A stretch of 64,000 nt of DNA, from positions 14,384,001-14,448,000 of the forward strand of contig NC_088860.1 in NCBI RefSeq assembly GCF_963853765.1, written 5' to 3'. This DNA is from Magallana gigas (Eukaryota). The notes below the pieces were generated by a model that was not told the DNA's origin, did not search any database, and saw nothing but the letters and a program-made list of their open reading frames with translations. Shown here in pieces: positions 61,000-64,000 of this stretch; positions within the stretch are counted from its first letter, which is position 1; every line of letters starts with the position of its first letter. A program made the translations under genes and the position numbers.

Positions 61000-62292
61000 T
61001 CCTACTGTGCTCGAACCTTTCTTAGAATCAAGAGAAGTTCATGTTTTAATGTCCTTGAACATTTCATACAATTTTGAATTTCTTGTACTAATCTGATTGA
61101 ACCTTTCCTAGAATTATGAAAAGAAGTTCTTGTTTTAATCTGATTGAACCTTTCTTAGAATTATGCTTCGAAATTCATATTCTAATCTGCTCGAATCTTT
61201 CTTAGAATCATGAAAAAAAAGTTCAGGTTCGTATATGCTTGAACTTTCCTAGAATAACGAAAAGAAAGTCATGTTCTAATCTGCTTGAACCTTTTATTGA
61301 AGCACAAGAAAATCATGTTTTAATGAGGTTGAATCTTTCTTACAATCATGAATAGAAATTTGTTTTCCAGTCTGCTTGAACCTTTCCTAGAATCATGAGA
61401 AACTGTTTGAAACAGCCTAAACCTTTTTTAGAATCATGAGAAGTTCATATTCGAATGTGCTTGAACATAAGGTCCCCTAGAAGCACAAGCAAGAAGAAGT
61501 TCATGTTCGATTGTTTCTTGAGAATTCAATTTCCCAAAAGAACGCGAGGAACTAATGCGCTTGAAGCTTTCCTAGAATCACGAGAAGTTCACGTTCAAGT
61601 GTGCTCAAACCTATCGTACAATCATAAAATTCATATTTTATTCTGCTCGAACCTTTCCTAGAATATTGAGAAGAAATTCTTGTTCTAATCTTTTATACCC
61701 TAGTTTCTTAGAATTTTGCTAAGAATTTCATATTTTAATGTGCTTGAACCTTTCAAAGAATCATGGGGGGAAATTCAATGTTACAATCTGCTTGAACCTT
61801 TCATGAAGCTCAAGTAAAAGTTTATGCCATGATGAGATTGAATCTTTCTTACTATCGTGAATAGAAATTCATGTTCTAATCTGTTTGAACCTTCCTAGAA
61901 TCATGAGAAAAAGTCCATGTTAAAGATGTGCTTGAACCATTCATGGAAGCACGAGAAGTTCATGATATATATGTAACGAACTTGAATATTTCTTACAATC
62001 ATGAGTAGAAATTCATGTTCTAACCTGCTTGAACTTTTCTCAGAATCATAGAAAGGAGTCCATATTCGAATGTTCTTGAACATAAAGTCTCCTAAATGCA
62101 CACGAAGAAGTTCATGTTCGATTGCTTCTGGAGCATTTCCCAACAGTACGCGAAGAAGGTCATGTTTTAATGCGGTTGAACCTACCCTAGAAGCACGAGA
62201 AGATGTTCATGTTCTATTGTGCTCGACCCATTCATGCAATCAATAGAAAAAAATCATGCTCTAATGTGCTTGAACCTTTCTTAGAATCATGA
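61000..62292. repeat. ~50-bp-monomer satellite array with higher-order structure
   Basis: Monomers like TTCTAATCTGCTTGAACCTTTCCTAGAATCATGAGAAGTTCATG. A distinctive variant block at 61446 recurs at 62061 (615-bp offset). Confidence 0.85.
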
Positions 62293-62666
62293 TAAGGACC
62301 AATTCATACAATAGTCAATGGTCCAATGGTATTTCCTGATTTTTTTTTCACAGCACACACATTGGTACTACATTGTAAATGACCTTTTTGACTTTTAACA
62401 CGCGTAGTTATACATTCGGATAGAAAAAATGTTTCTTACCTGATAGTCCATGATGATATTGGTGACCATGCAATTTCACAATGTACCTCCGAAAAACTTC
62501 AGGCATGGACAAATGAATGTTTAAAAAAAAATGAGGTCGACAATCAATTTTTTTTCCAAAAGAAATTTTATTTTGCTTATTATCTTATTGAAAATGAAAC
62601 CTTTCCAAATCTATGAGATGTCCGTATAAAGCGGGTTTTTTCGACTGGCATGTAGTGCTGGATGAA

Positions 62667-62764
62667 AAAACAAGCTTAAAAAGACAAACAAGTTACAATA
62701 TCAACAAAGTATACATGTGTACATTATTGATATTGTAACTTGTTTGTCTTTTTAAGCTTGTTTT
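62667..62764. repeat. Perfect 38-bp inverted repeat with 22-nt spacer
   Basis: AAAACAAGCTTAAAAAGACAAACAAGTTACAATATCAA (62667-62704) and its exact reverse complement (62727-62764). Confidence 0.95.
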
Positions 62765-63039
62765 GTAAGTATACATGTAGATAAACATAAGCAAGAAATG
62801 AAATGGAAGTTGGCCTGGATTTAAAAAAAAATAAAGATGGGGTATCCATGTCCTTAGTGTCTGTCACAGAGATATAGTACAGGGATTTTTTTACACTGCC
62901 AGATTGTTAATTGTGATGAATATAATATAACTGCTTCGTTTTAAGTTTATAAATAATTGAATGAATCAATAGGCGGACATCTTCATTTAATCTCCTTAAT
63001 TTTAAATGTTGTTCCTCTTAATAATGCAATTTTTAAAAA

Positions 63040-63592
63040 CAAGCGAAAAGCTGTCAATGTGACAGCAACCCGGGTTTTCTTTCATGTAAACAGTATCCAT
63101 AATCCATTTCTCAACCCTGAATTAATAAACTTTTGCAAAGTACCTATCCATAGAAATGGAGTACCTATATGCAGTAATCTGCAAAAAATAACTAAGTTCA
63201 ACAGCTTGTATTTTTTCATTAATCAAAAAACACAATCCAAGAAATAATATGCACACCTCTGATATATGTACAATTAATCTGCAAAACAACAACTTCCTCT
63301 CTTGAAACCTGTAGGAGGAGTTACCCGTACAATAGGGGTACCCTATATGCAATGTACAGCAAAAAAAAATGACAACGTTCAACAGCTGGTATTTTTTTCA
63401 TAAATTATCAAAAATCAAATCCACGTATTATGCACATCATTAATATATACATGTACAATTGATCTGCAAAACAGCAACTTCCTATCTTAAGAACAGTTGG
63501 ATGAGTTATCCGTACAATAGGGGTAACCTGGCAGCCGCCCGCCTGTCCGCCCGCCATATTCACCATTTCAATAACCAGAAAACCAGGTTAAC
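63040..63592 (-). mobile_element. Second copy of the Helentron-type element at 33722-34446
   Basis: GAAAAGCTGTCAATGTGACAGCAACCCGGGTTTT start, ~180-bp internal units, CCGCCCGCC microsatellite, AATAACCAG end. Confidence 0.75.
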
Positions 63593-64000
63593 AAGAGACA
63601 AGTTTAAATATATACATGTACTATTATTGCCTTTCATTTAAAATGAGACACACCTCCATATACATATATGTATAGATCAATTACTACAATTTACTTGAAT
63701 TTTATCTTGCTTTGTTTTCATGTTAGCCTCGCTTCGGATTCGCTTTCACGTTTTTAATTGAGCTACAATGCCAAACTCGCTTCTTTAGTAGGATTTGTAT
63801 AGCAGTTTAAAACGTGTTTTTATCAATTTTATCTGAAGTAAGGTTCCACCGAGACACAATGTAACAAAGTCCCTGTCTGATGAAGGGTAATGCACTTGCT
63901 AACATTCTGTATCAGGGATTTTACAAACATTTATGGCGATCAGGATATTCTATTTTGGTTTGATCTTCTCTTTTTCTTCTAAGATTGGCGAACTGTTCAA

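Overview
This is AT-rich animal genomic DNA with spliceosomal introns; an oyster-like bivalve is inferred from the repeat types and gene content and is not proven. No rRNA, tRNA or CRISPR array is supported. Main contents: (1) a complete 10-exon gene at 6842-10622 (+) encoding a 248-aa DEK-C + SWIB/MDM2 protein of the UAF30/spp27/Tri1 type; (2) a cluster of five paralogous secreted low-complexity proteins at ~17-38 kb (three on -, two on +). All five share a signal peptide, a variable Gly/Tyr-rich or Asp-rich region, a His/Lys hinge, a Pro/Val-rich linker, G(L/I)FGG(N/S)G, a hydrophobic segment and an N4-5(T)SG terminus, plus the same core exon layout; four of the five promoters also carry TTACG(T/C)(C/A)A bZIP-like motifs; (3) a candidate signal-peptide/RKR prepropeptide ORF at 42347-42610 interrupted by one in-frame TAG; (4) many mobile elements: CR1-like LINE fragments, Helentron-type non-autonomous elements with internal satellite arrays, 5-bp-TSD and TA-TSD MITEs, a V-domain tRNA-SINE, a ~50-bp satellite and microsatellites. 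All gene models were built by hand from splice signals and reading-frame continuity; no database search or expression data were available.
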